Below, piece after piece: positions 55,783-64,000 of a stretch of 64,000 bases of DNA. Below the pieces are notes generated by a model. It did no database searches, was not told the origin of the DNA, and worked only from the letters and a program-made list of their open reading frames with translations. This DNA is from an uncultured Bacteroidales bacterium (GTDB taxonomy: Bacteria > Bacillota_I > Bacilli_A > ML615J-28 > CAG-698), in assembly GCA_964516425.1 (NCBI GenBank), contig CAZFAM010000002.1:32181-96180 (forward strand), read 5' to 3'. The position numbers were made by a program, and so were the translations under genes. Position 1 is the stretch's first letter. Every line of letters starts with the position of its first letter.

Positions 55783-58700
55783 TTATACTAACTTTTCAAA
55801 TAAAGTTATTAATAAATTAATCCATTCTTTTGAACTTGTATCCCCATTTAAACGCATCACTATTTTTCTTTGAACATACTGGAATACAAATCGATCAGAT
55901 ATATGATATGCATGTTTAAATAAAGTGCCCGCATCAATTTGAGAATTTGCCACAAATGTAACATCCACATATACATCTTTTTCCGTTATTGATTCAACGT
56001 CAACTTGCTTAGCTAGAGACTCCATATATTGCTTATTAATATATATCTTTATTTCATTTGTTAAAGTTCCGAATCGATCTTCTAATTCTTTTTCGACTTT
56101 TTGTTTTTCTTCTAAATTATTAATTTGTTTTATTTCTTTATGAATATATATCTTAATATCGTCATCATTAACATACTTATCACTAACGTGTTTGGATATA
56201 TTAATTTTATAAGATGCTTCTTTTTTTGTATCTTCTTGTTCCCCTTTAAGTTTGCGTATCGCATCATTTAACATTCGCATATATAAATCCAAACCAATTG
56301 TGTCAATAAATCCTGATTGTTCTTTACCAAGAATATCACCAGCGCCACGAATTGCTAAATCACGAACTGCAATTTTATAACCACTTCCTAAAGTTGTAAA
56401 CTCTTTAATGGCTTGTAACCTTTTGGAACTAACTTCTGTTAATACTTTATTTTTATCAAACATAAAATAGGCATAAGAAACACGTGTACTTCTACCAACT
56501 CGACCTCTTATTTGATACATTTGGGCAAGTCCTAATCTATCTGCCATATCCACAATTAATGTATTAGTATTAGGAATATCAATTCCCGTTTCAATTATTG
56601 TTGTACATAACAAGACATCATACTCATGATCAATAAAAGATTGAATGGCATCTTCTAATTCACTATGGCTCATACTACCATGCGCCATGATAATTTTTGC
56701 ATTGGGTACAATATGTTGCAACTTGTGATAAACTAAATCTAAATCTTCAATTCTATTGTGCATATAAAATACTTGACCACCACGACCAATTTCACGATAT
56801 ATTGCTCCCCTTACAACGGCATCATTATATTCTAAAACATACGTTTGTACTGGATACCTATTTTGAGGAGGAGTTTCCATTAAACTTAGCTGTCTAACAC
56901 CCATTATAGACATTTGCAAAGTTCTAGGAATTGGTGTTGCGGTTAATGTGATAACATTAACATTAGCTTTTATTTTCTTTATTTTTTCTTTATGTGTAAC
57001 GCCAAACCTTTGTTCTTCATCAATTATTAATAACCCCAAGTCTTTAAATTTAATTTTCTCGCTTAGTAAAGAATGAGTGCCTATAACGATATCTATATCT
57101 TTACTTTTTAAACGTTCTACTATTTCATCTTGTTTTTTCTTAGAAATTAAACGATTTAATAATTCTACTTTAACACCATATGCCTCAAAACGTTGAAGAA
57201 ACGTTTGAAAATGTTGGCGAGTTAAAATAGTAGTTGGCGCTAAGTATGCCACTTGTTTACCATTTAATACAGTTTTCATTGCAATGCGAATTGCAACTTC
57301 TGTTTTTCCATATCCAACATCCCCACATACCAAGCGATCAATAATTTTACCTTGTTCCATATCTTGTTTTATCTCATTAATAGCTTTTAATTGATCGGGA
57401 GTTGGGTCATATTCGAAATCTCTTTCAAATAATTCTTGTATATCATCATCTTTTCGATATGTAAAACCTGTTGTTTTTTCCCTTTGGGCTTGTAAATTTA
57501 TTAAGTCTTCTGCTATTGATTCAACTTTTTCTTGAACTTTTTTCTTTCTTTTTTCCCACTCTTTGGTGCCAATATTTGATAACGTTGGAACACTATTTTC
57601 AGAGCCTAAGTATTTTTCAATTAAATTGATTCGTTCAATAGGGACGTATAAATCCATATTCGCAAATTTTATCGATAAATAATCATTTGTCATTCCTTTT
57701 AATTCAACAGATTCAATTCCTTTATATTGTCCAATACCATAATCATAATGAACTATATAATCACCTGGTTTTAAATCTTCTTTTGAGTTAAGTGGTGTTG
57801 TATTTTGATATACACTACGATATTTAGATATTTTGGATTTATTTTTTTTATAAATCATTTCTTCTGTTAATACTTCAATACCATTAATAAACGCAAAACT
57901 TATATAATTATTGGCTTTTATAATATTAATCTTGTTATTTTCAATTTTTCCATTATCATTAAATGGTATATTATTAACACTTAATGTTTCTTTTACAATG
58001 TTAATATATAAGTCTTTAGAAAATGTTAATACGAAAGTATTAGTAACTGTACGTAAATCTTCTACTAAATATTTTAAATTATTATTATAACTAACTATGT
58101 CTTTAGCATCAATAGTTATAATTTGGTCGAGCTTTATATTATTCATTGTTTTTCTAAATGATGTAATATATATCTTTTGTAAATCATTACTAATTAGTTC
58201 ATTAAAATCGCATAAAAATAATAAATCTAAGTTGTGATATTCTTTTTTACTGGCAATATAATCATTTAATTCACTAACTACATTTTGATAACTATCTTTT
58301 ATTAAATTATATTCATCAATTATTATTGCACTATTTGGCAAATAATCAAATAATGTATATATATCTTGATATATATATTTTATATATTTATATATTTTTT
58401 CACTATTATTATAATTTTGGATATCTAAAAGATCATTTTCTAATAAAGAAATATCTATATCATTAGGTAAATCTTTTGTGATGTTATTTAAAATATTATC
58501 ATTATAATCATATATTAATTCTGATAATGGGAAAATTTCAATTTTCTCAATTTTTTCAACACTTATTTGTGTAGAAGCATTAAATGTTTTTATATAGTCC
58601 ACTTCATTATCAAAAAAATCAATACGATATGGAACATTAGAATTAATAGGATAGATATCTATTACTTCACCACGGACGCTAAAATCTCCCGTTTTAGTTG

Positions 58701-59196
58701 TAGATGGAGTTCTTCGATAGCCTACTTTATTAAGTTTTTTGACTAAATCCGCAATATCGATTATATCACCTTGTTTTAGAGATATAATGTTATTTAAATA
58801 TATTTTCTTATTAGGAAGTGGTCTTAAAACCGATGATATATATGTTACTATTATTTTTTTCTTATTGTGCAATATACTGTTTAACGTATGTAATCTTTCT
58901 AATTTGAATTCATTACTGACAGCTAATGCTTCAACCGCAATAATTTCATCTGTAACATATAAATTCACATTATCCATACCAATCAAATCACAAAAAGATT
59001 CATAAGCTAATGTAGCTTTATATAAATTTTCTGCTACATATATTACTGATGAATCACTATTCTCATATTTAATTAATGTTAATAAATAATTATGATTTAT
59101 TTGTGAATTTGTTATGAGCATGTTTTGTTTTGTTTTAAAACTTTCTATACATTGCATAACTTGTCTTTGCGACTTATATATATCTAAAATGCCCAT
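55783..59196 (-). CDS. mfd: Transcription-repair coupling factor
   Basis: The 1137-aa protein has helicase motifs GDVGYGKTEVA, DEEQRFGV, TATPIPRT and QIRGRVGRS. Confidence 0.95.
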   Translation of the reverse strand: MGILDIYKSQRQVMQCIESFKTKQNMLITNSQINHNYLLTLIKYENSDSSVIYVAENLYKATLAYESFCDLIGMDNVNLYVTDEIIAVEALAVSNEFKLERLHTLNSILHNKKKIIVTYISSVLRPLPNKKIYLNNIISLKQGDIIDIADLVKKLNKVGYRRTPSTTKTGDFSVRGEVIDIYPINSNVPYRIDFFDNEVDYIKTFNASTQISVEKIEKIEIFPLSELIYDYNDNILNNITKDLPNDIDISLLENDLLDIQNYNNSEKIYKYIKYIYQDIYTLFDYLPNSAIIIDEYNLIKDSYQNVVSELNDYIASKKEYHNLDLLFLCDFNELISNDLQKIYITSFRKTMNNIKLDQIITIDAKDIVSYNNNLKYLVEDLRTVTNTFVLTFSKDLYINIVKETLSVNNIPFNDNGKIENNKINIIKANNYISFAFINGIEVLTEEMIYKKNKSKISKYRSVYQNTTPLNSKEDLKPGDYIVHYDYGIGQYKGIESVELKGMTNDYLSIKFANMDLYVPIERINLIEKYLGSENSVPTLSNIGTKEWEKRKKKVQEKVESIAEDLINLQAQREKTTGFTYRKDDDIQELFERDFEYDPTPDQLKAINEIKQDMEQGKIIDRLVCGDVGYGKTEVAIRIAMKTVLNGKQVAYLAPTTILTRQHFQTFLQRFEAYGVKVELLNRLISKKKQDEIVERLKSKDIDIVIGTHSLLSEKIKFKDLGLLIIDEEQRFGVTHKEKIKKIKANVNVITLTATPIPRTLQMSIMGVRQLSLMETPPQNRYPVQTYVLEYNDAVVRGAIYREIGRGGQVFYMHNRIEDLDLVYHKLQHIVPNAKIIMAHGSMSHSELEDAIQSFIDHEYDVLLCTTIIETGIDIPNTNTLIVDMADRLGLAQMYQIRGRVGRSTRVSYAYFMFDKNKVLTEVSSKRLQAIKEFTTLGSGYKIAVRDLAIRGAGDILGKEQSGFIDTIGLDLYMRMLNDAIRKLKGEQEDTKKEASYKINISKHVSDKYVNDDDIKIYIHKEIKQINNLEEKQKVEKELEDRFGTLTNEIKIYINKQYMESLAKQVDVESITEKDVYVDVTFVANSQIDAGTLFKHAYHISDRFVFQYVQRKIVMRLNGDTSSKEWINLLITLFEKLV

Positions 59197-59753
59197 TAAT
59201 TGTACCTACTCATTACTTTTTCAAAAGGTTCGTTAATAAAATCAGTCACTATATCTAAACTTTTTTCAAATGATATATCCATAATAGTTCTTTCATCTTT
59301 AGTAAAATTACCAATTACATAATCAATTGTTTTATCGCTTGAAACTTTATCAATACCTATACGAACTCTTTTTATATTTTGCGTTTTTAGTTCTGTGATG
59401 ATGCTTTGAATTCCTTTATGGCCACCACTTGAGCCATTAGGTCGAATTCTAATTTTTCCTGTTTCTAAATCTAAATCATCATATATAACTAATATATCCT
59501 CATCATTGATTTTATAATAGTTTTTAACTAAAATAACTGACTGACCACTTAAATTCATATATGTTTGTGGCTTCATAATAACTACTTTTTCCCCACTAAT
59601 TGTGGTAGTTAATATTTCACATTTCTTTGCTTTATCTAATGTAAATTTTTCGTTTAATTTTTGTGCAAGATTATCCACAAATAAAAATCCTGTATTATGT
59701 CTTGTATTTTGATATGCTTTTCCTGGGTTTCCTAACCCGACAATTAATTTCAT
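59196..59753 (-). CDS. pth: Peptidyl-tRNA hydrolase
   Basis: MKLIVGLGNPG..Y..TRHN.GF and GGHKGI are present. Confidence 0.95.
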   Translation of the reverse strand: MKLIVGLGNPGKAYQNTRHNTGFLFVDNLAQKLNEKFTLDKAKKCEILTTTISGEKVVIMKPQTYMNLSGQSVILVKNYYKINDEDILVIYDDLDLETGKIRIRPNGSSGGHKGIQSIITELKTQNIKRVRIGIDKVSSDKTIDYVIGNFTKDERTIMDISFEKSLDIVTDFINEPFEKVMSRYN

Positions 59754-59822
59754 TTATATTCTCCTCATTGAAAAAATCTTTTTCAATATATATCTAAATA
59801 TATTAAAAAAGATATTTATTAT

Positions 59823-60656
59823 TTATTCATTTTGTAATTTATAACATTCCACTACATTTTCTAATAAACACGCAATAGTCATTGGTCCAACACCACCAGG
59901 CACTGGAGTTATACGGCTAGTTTTAGGGGCTACTTGCAAATAATCAACATCTCCCACAATAGTACCTAGTACTCTATTAATACCAACATCTATAATTATT
60001 GCTCCTTCTTTTACCATATCTTCAGTTATCATTTTAGGTTTTCCAACTGCTGAAATAATAATATCTGATTGCAAACATAATTCTTTAATATTTTCTGTAT
60101 GTGAATGTGCCATTATTACAGTAGCATTTTTTTGTAACATTAACATAGCAATTGGTTTTCCAACAAGCATACTTCTACCTATTACTAAAACTTTTTTACC
60201 ATCTAAGTCCACACAATATTCTGATAACAAACGCATAATACCTTTTGGTGTCGCAGGAATAATCCCTTTTTCATCTAACATTAAGCGTCCTTGGTTTAAA
60301 GCATGTAATCCATCAACATCTTTTTTAGGATCAATTGCTTCCACAACCACTTTTTCATTCATATGTTTTGGTAGTGGCATTTGTACTAAAATACCATTAA
60401 TGTTTTTATCTTTATTTGCTTCTTGGATATGTGAAATTATTTCTTTTTGTGGAACATTTTCATCAAATACCAAAGTTTTAGTATCAATTCCCATAGCTTT
60501 ACAAGCTTTTTCTTTACTTGCCACATATATTTGGCTTGCTTGATCATTACCAACCAATATTACTAATAAACAAGGCTTAGTAGGCAAGTGTTTAACTTCA
60601 TTTTTTATTTGTTCTTTAACTTTTTTACTAATTAATTTTCCATCTATAATATTCAT
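59823..60656 (-). CDS. folD: Bifunctional methylenetetrahydrofolate dehydrogenase/cyclohydrolase
   Basis: ILVQMPLP, GRS.LVGKP and PVPGGVGPMT are present. Confidence 0.95.
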   Translation of the reverse strand: MNIIDGKLISKKVKEQIKNEVKHLPTKPCLLVILVGNDQASQIYVASKEKACKAMGIDTKTLVFDENVPQKEIISHIQEANKDKNINGILVQMPLPKHMNEKVVVEAIDPKKDVDGLHALNQGRLMLDEKGIIPATPKGIMRLLSEYCVDLDGKKVLVIGRSMLVGKPIAMLMLQKNATVIMAHSHTENIKELCLQSDIIISAVGKPKMITEDMVKEGAIIIDVGINRVLGTIVGDVDYLQVAPKTSRITPVPGGVGPMTIACLLENVVECYKLQNE

Positions 60657-60664
60657 ACACCCTC

Positions 60665-62326
60665 CTACATTAATCCAAATACTTCAAAATTATCATTCAT
60701 ATCTATTTTTATAGCCATTGGTTCTTTTGAAAGCCCTGGCATTGTCATAATATTTCCTGTCAAACAAATAATAAACTTAGATCCCGTTGATAATCTAATA
60801 TCTTTAATATGAATTGTAAAATCATAAGGTCTTCCAATTAGTTTTGCATTATCTGATAAAGAATTAGGAGTTTTAGCCATACATATATAATATTTAGAAG
60901 CTTCCGTATTTTCTAATACTTGTATTTTTTGTAATGCTTTTTCACTAATTTCAACATCTTTAGCACCATATGCTTTAACACATATTTTATTAATCTTTTC
61001 AATTATCGAATCATTTAAAGAATATAATGGTTGATATTCTCTATTTTCACATTTTGCTATTACATGTTTAGCTAATTCTATACCACCATTGCCGCCTTTT
61101 TCATATACTTCACTTAAGCTTATTGTTACATTATTTTCTTTTGCCCAATTTTCTAAAACCGCAATTTCGCCATCGGTATCTGTTAAAAAGCGATTGATAC
61201 AAACAACACAAGGTAAATTAAATTTATTTATGGTATCTAAATGTTTTTCTAAGTTACAAATGCCTTTTTTTAAAGCTTCTATATTTTCTTCTTTAATATT
61301 TTCAAGTGCTGCACCACCATGATATTTTAATGCCTTAATTGTTGCTACCATAACAACCAAATTAGGTTTTAATGCAGCTTCTCTACATTTAATATCTAAA
61401 AATTTTTCAGCACCCAAATCAGCTCCAAAGCCGGCTTCTGTAATTACGTAACCACCAGTTTTTAAAGCAAGTTTTGTTGCTAAAATAGAATTACATCCAT
61501 GAGCAATATTTGCAAATGGTCCACCATGAACAAATACTAAATTATTTTCTAAAGTTTGAATAATATTAGGTTTAATAGCATCTTTTAAAATTACCATTAA
61601 AGAACCTGTAATACCTAAATCTTTAATATATAATGGTTTTTTATCATATGTATAACCAATTAAACAATTATCTAATCGTTCACGTAAATTATGAACTGAT
61701 GTAGCAAGGCATAAATTGGCCATAATTTCACTAGCAACAGTAATATTAAATGTATCAAATCTTTTAGTTTCTTTTTTACTCGATAAACCAACTTCCACTT
61801 TTCTTAACGCACGATCATTTAAATCTAAACACCTTTTCCATGATATATTATTAGGATCGATATTTAATTTATTACCTTGATATATATGATTATCAATACA
61901 TGCACTTACCAAATTATTGGCAGCTGTCATTGCATGTAAATCGCCAGTAAAATGCAAATTTAAATCTACCATAGGATTAACTTGTGCATAACCCCCTCCA
62001 GCAGCTCCACCTTTTACCCCAAATACTGGTCCCATTGATGGTTCACGAAGTGCTCCAACGCAAGAAACACCAAGTTTATTCATTGCATCTATCAAACCAA
62101 TTGTGGTAGTTGACTTTCCTTCTCCTGTTGGCGTTGGTGTAATGGCAGTTACCAAAATTAATTTGCCATCTTTTTTATCTTTTAAGCGGTTAAATATTCC
62201 TAAATCAACTTTAGCCATATAATTTCCGTAACAACAAAGTTCTTCATCTTGAATATCATAACGTTTTATGACGTCTTTTATACTATTCATTGTACTTTGT
62301 TTTATAATTTCGATATCTGTTAACAT
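60665..62326 (-). CDS. fhs: Formate--tetrahydrofolate ligase
   Basis: TPTP.GEGKSTTTIGL, EPS.GPVFG.KGGAAGGGY and the full-length FTHFS pattern are present. The start is reset to the ATG at 62324-62326, since the track start is a GTG. Confidence 0.95.
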   Translation of the reverse strand: MLTDIEIIKQSTMNSIKDVIKRYDIQDEELCCYGNYMAKVDLGIFNRLKDKKDGKLILVTAITPTPTGEGKSTTTIGLIDAMNKLGVSCVGALREPSMGPVFGVKGGAAGGGYAQVNPMVDLNLHFTGDLHAMTAANNLVSACIDNHIYQGNKLNIDPNNISWKRCLDLNDRALRKVEVGLSSKKETKRFDTFNITVASEIMANLCLATSVHNLRERLDNCLIGYTYDKKPLYIKDLGITGSLMVILKDAIKPNIIQTLENNLVFVHGGPFANIAHGCNSILATKLALKTGGYVITEAGFGADLGAEKFLDIKCREAALKPNLVVMVATIKALKYHGGAALENIKEENIEALKKGICNLEKHLDTINKFNLPCVVCINRFLTDTDGEIAVLENWAKENNVTISLSEVYEKGGNGGIELAKHVIAKCENREYQPLYSLNDSIIEKINKICVKAYGAKDVEISEKALQKIQVLENTEASKYYICMAKTPNSLSDNAKLIGRPYDFTIHIKDIRLSTGSKFIICLTGNIMTMPGLSKEPMAIKIDMNDNFEVFGLM

Positions 62327-62341
62327 TACTTGCACCTACCT

Positions 62342-62560
62342 TTACTTAAATATTTTATTTTCTAGATTCTTGATTTTTTGAAATAATTTTTCATCATACG
62401 ATAATACTTCAATTACTTCATTTTTATCATTAATTATTACTTGATCATTTTCTTGAATAAGTAAATCATTCTTTTTTAAACACAAATAGTGATTTGTATC
62501 GTTTACTACATATATATAATCTTCATCCACACGTTCTACAATATATTTTTTATATTCCAT
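62342..62560 (-). CDS. DUF3006-like small protein
   Basis: The 72-aa protein has a small beta-rich pattern (IVERVDEDYIYVVND...DQVIINDKNEVIEV). It overlaps the upstream MBL gene by 11 nt, an association I remember for DUF3006. Confidence 0.45.
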   Translation of the reverse strand: MEYKKYIVERVDEDYIYVVNDTNHYLCLKKNDLLIQENDQVIINDKNEVIEVLSYDEKLFQKIKNLENKIFK

Positions 62561-63461
62561 AATGCGTATAGTATTTAAGCTCTATTCCATTAGTTTGAAA
62601 TAGAATTGTACCTTCATCTTTTGTCTGTAATATATTTTTGCAATAATATGACAATCTGTCTAATGCTTTTTGATGTGGATGACCTGTAGTAGTATAATTT
62701 GAAGTTGTAATAACAGCGTAATCAGGATTCACAGCACGTAAAAAATCTCTTCCACTTGAATATGTTGAACCATGATGTGGGACCTTTAAAACATTAGCTT
62801 TCAAATCAATACCACTATTTAATGCTATTTCTTCACCATCACCCTGATTATAACCAATATCACCTGTAAAAACAAAAGAAATATCATTATATGTTAATTT
62901 TGTGGCAACAGAACAATAATTTACATTACTTGGATTATCTTCTTTTTTTGTGGAAATGACTTGCATTAATATTTGTTTCCTAACAATTATTTCATCTCCA
63001 ACACTAACAATTTGACAATCAATATTATTATTTTGTATCGTATTTAAAATATTATAATATGCGGAAGTTGTTGAAGTAGAGCCTGATAAAATGATAGAAT
63101 TTACAGTATAGTCACTCATTATTTTAGCAGCATAATAATAATGGTCAGCATGCATATGTGTTATTATAAAATAATTAATAACATCAATATTCTCATTTTC
63201 TAATACTTTTACAATATTATCCCAAGATGGGTATTTAATTGTATTATCATATATCGAAGCATGATCTAATCCAGCATCTATCATAATTACTTCATTTGTG
63301 GGTAAAATTATAATACTACAATCTGCTTGTCCAACATCCACAAAATATACTTTTAAATCTTGATTATAAATAGATGGTATATTATTATTTGGTGTATCTT
63401 CAGAACATCCAATAATAAATACCATTAATAATAGTAATATATATCTTAATATCTTTTTCAT
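62550..63461 (-). CDS. Secreted lipoprotein with ComEC-C-terminal-type metallo-beta-lactamase fold
   Basis: The lipobox is VFIIGC. VDVGQADC..I, the motif THMHADH and VPHHGS are present, as in the beta-lactamase-like domain of ComEC/Rec2. Confidence 0.7.
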   Translation of the reverse strand: MKKILRYILLLLMVFIIGCSEDTPNNNIPSIYNQDLKVYFVDVGQADCSIIILPTNEVIMIDAGLDHASIYDNTIKYPSWDNIVKVLENENIDVINYFIITHMHADHYYYAAKIMSDYTVNSIILSGSTSTTSAYYNILNTIQNNNIDCQIVSVGDEIIVRKQILMQVISTKKEDNPSNVNYCSVATKLTYNDISFVFTGDIGYNQGDGEEIALNSGIDLKANVLKVPHHGSTYSSGRDFLRAVNPDYAVITTSNYTTTGHPHQKALDRLSYYCKNILQTKDEGTILFQTNGIELKYYTHYGI

Positions 63462-63462
63462 A

Positions 63463-63789
63463 TTATTTTGATATAACCGCGAATAATTCTAAATCTTGAT
63501 TACTTGTATTTTTTATACTATGATTAGCCTTATTAGGGCAATAGTTTACTTGGCCTTTTTTTAATGAATATTGTATATTATCTTCAATACATATTCCTTC
63601 ACCACTAATTACATATATAATTTCTTGATCTGTTTCATGGGTATGAATACCAATTGAACAATTACATGGTATTACGATATGAGCAATTGTATTTTTTTCA
63701 TCAGTATGCTTTATCATCTTAATATACCCTTCACCACCACGCATATTATTAATTTTATTTTCTTGTAAATTTGTAAAATCTATTATCAT
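63463..63789 (-). CDS. Cupin domain protein
   Basis: The 108-aa protein has the metal motif G.HTHETDQE...and a second H-containing strand (ANHSIKN). Confidence 0.7.
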   Translation of the reverse strand: MIIDFTNLQENKINNMRGGEGYIKMIKHTDEKNTIAHIVIPCNCSIGIHTHETDQEIIYVISGEGICIEDNIQYSLKKGQVNYCPNKANHSIKNTSNQDLELFAVISK

Positions 63790-63809
63790 TATTATTACCT
63801 CTTATTTTA

Positions 63810-63834
63810 CAAAAAAGAGAACATTACGTCCTCT
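63810..63834 (-). terminator. Rho-independent terminator after the right-edge partial gene
   Basis: A 7-bp stem (one G-U on the minus-strand RNA) is followed by U6. It overlaps the stop codon at 63834-63836. Confidence 0.5.
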
Positions 63835-64000
63835 TATTTTCTATTTTTTAACGCTTCTTCAATGTCATCTAATTCTTCTTCATCATCTTCTTCGTCATCA
63901 TAATTAGCAATTGTTTCATCACTATCTTCACCTTTTTGTTGATCCAATACTAATCCTAAATCTTCTTCAATATCATCTTGTTCATTTGAATCTTCTTCAT
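63834..64000 (-). CDS. C-terminal 55 codons of a protein with a hyper-acidic tail (possibly RNA polymerase delta subunit RpoE)
   Basis: My translation reads ...EEDSNEQDDIEEDLGLVLDQQKGEDSDETIANYDDEEDDEEELDDIEEALKNRK*. Such Asp/Glu tails are characteristic of Firmicute RpoE, but the diagnostic N-terminal domain lies outside the window. Confidence 0.4.
   Translation of the reverse strand, partial: EEDSNEQDDIEEDLGLVLDQQKGEDSDETIANYDDEEDDEEELDDIEEALKNRK

Noticed and set aside
59754-59822. AT-only hairpin ATTGAAAAA...TTTTTCAAT between folD and pth, considered as a possible attenuator or regulatory RNA
   Set aside because: The stem is made only of A-U pairs and lies immediately before the pth RBS. 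It is most simply a weak intercistronic terminator or a chance palindrome in AT-rich DNA.

Overview
The window is a very AT-rich chromosomal segment from a low-GC Bacillota-type genome, probably an Erysipelotrichia-like or other reduced Bacilli lineage. It uses the standard genetic code: TGA is a real stop at 17244-17246, the end of tldD. About 60 genes are tightly packed, and all but four (11687, 23813, 33140, 40534) lie on the minus strand. This strand bias, together with mnmG-rsmG-parA, suggests an origin-proximal replichore arm.

Recognisable housekeeping genes:
- tmk (partial), truA and ecfA1-ecfA2-ecfT
- birA and a four-gene Na+-pumping oxaloacetate decarboxylase set
- rpsD, tldD/pmbA and an FMN-riboswitch-controlled ribU
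- hsp20, pgk, an HPr-like gene, tpiA and fba
- an MsmK-type sugar ABC ATPase and degV
- spoVT-mfd-pth, folD-fhs, spoIIE and a heterodimeric ABC exporter

Accessory or poorly understood content:
1. A roughly 2,200-codon surface-protein locus (25184-31834) has a lipoprotein signal/Flg_new module, at least 8 repeated ~92-aa modules and a BspA-type LRR region with near-perfect 69-bp tandem repeats. A single in-frame TAA splits it.
2. A terminator-bounded seven-gene operon (46487-52972) encodes zinc-ribbon membrane proteins, a membrane-anchored GNAT, small membrane proteins and a Big_2/GH3-like lipoprotein. It has no recognisable pathway and is my best candidate for an undescribed envelope-associated system.
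3. There is a GGGtGRT plus NifU-like gene pair.
4. A His15-less HPr paralog sits inside the pgk-tpiA operon.
5. A YcjF-family membrane protein is translationally coupled to the ABC exporter.
6. A lone AAA_14/DUF4143 ATPase is inserted on the opposite strand.

I saw no rRNA, tRNA, CRISPR array or transposase. All calls come from reading the translated ORFs and the DNA by eye. Family assignments rest on remembered motifs, not on searches.
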